Positions 25,582-25,694 of a stretch of 25,694 nucleotides of DNA are shown piece after piece (position 1 is the first letter of the stretch; every line of letters starts with the position of its first letter). The stretch is from Candidatus Undinarchaeota archaeon (GTDB taxonomy: Archaea > Undinarchaeota > Undinarchaeia > Undinarchaeales > UBA543), in NCBI GenBank assembly GCA_964636545.1, contig CAZWSR010000010.1, positions 1 to 25,694 of the forward strand, in the 5' to 3' direction. Both the position numbers and the translations under genes were made by a program. The notes below the pieces were generated by a model that had not been told where the DNA came from, ran no database searches, and saw only the letters and a list, made by a program, of their open reading frames with translations.

Positions 25582-25694
25582 CTTTAACCCCCATTGATTT
25601 TTTATAACCAGGACAGTTTTCGCATTTTGAATCAACTTTACTTTTCCCTGATTTATAGCTATCTATTGCTTTTTTCAAAGCACTAATTCCTAAT
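25574..25694 (-). CDS. C-terminal fragment, possibly an IscU/NifU-type Fe-S scaffold protein
   Basis: LGISALKKAIDSYKSGKSKVDSKCENCPGYKKSMGVKDD; ALKKAI..Y resembles the IscU terminal helix. Only 39 aa visible. Confidence 0.45.
   Translation of the reverse strand, partial: LGISALKKAIDSYKSGKSKVDSKCENCPGYKKSMGVKDD

Overview
AT-rich archaeal chromosomal segment. Leaderless-style TATA spacing, long Lys/Glu/Pro tails on ribosomal proteins and eroded operons suggest a reduced DPANN-like lineage (inference). It carries two conserved informational clusters: PIN-[membrane PPase]-rpoE1-spt4-rps24e-rps27ae and rnp4-rps19e-PDCD5-COG2117-rpl39e-rpl31e-rpl18a-pfdA-ftsY. Also present are srp54, rpe, a membrane-anchored FKBP, tRNA-Val(CAC), several regulators (three wHTH, DtxR/MntR, two Lrp), a frameshifted M6 metalloprotease, a WbpB/WbpD/WbpE-like diacetamido-sugar trio and a DUF318/ArsP permease with a Cys-rich peptide. 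The most unusual signals: (i) a family of 7-nt-period repeat elements, including two identically built 4+4 heptamer palindromes and two copies read in-frame inside unrelated proteins; (ii) a GC-rich structured motif that occurs twice with permuted blocks, one copy next to a DtxR-type operator; (iii) a membrane PPase in the operon slot often held by soluble ppa. No integrase, transposase, reverse transcriptase, CRISPR array or rRNA was recognised.
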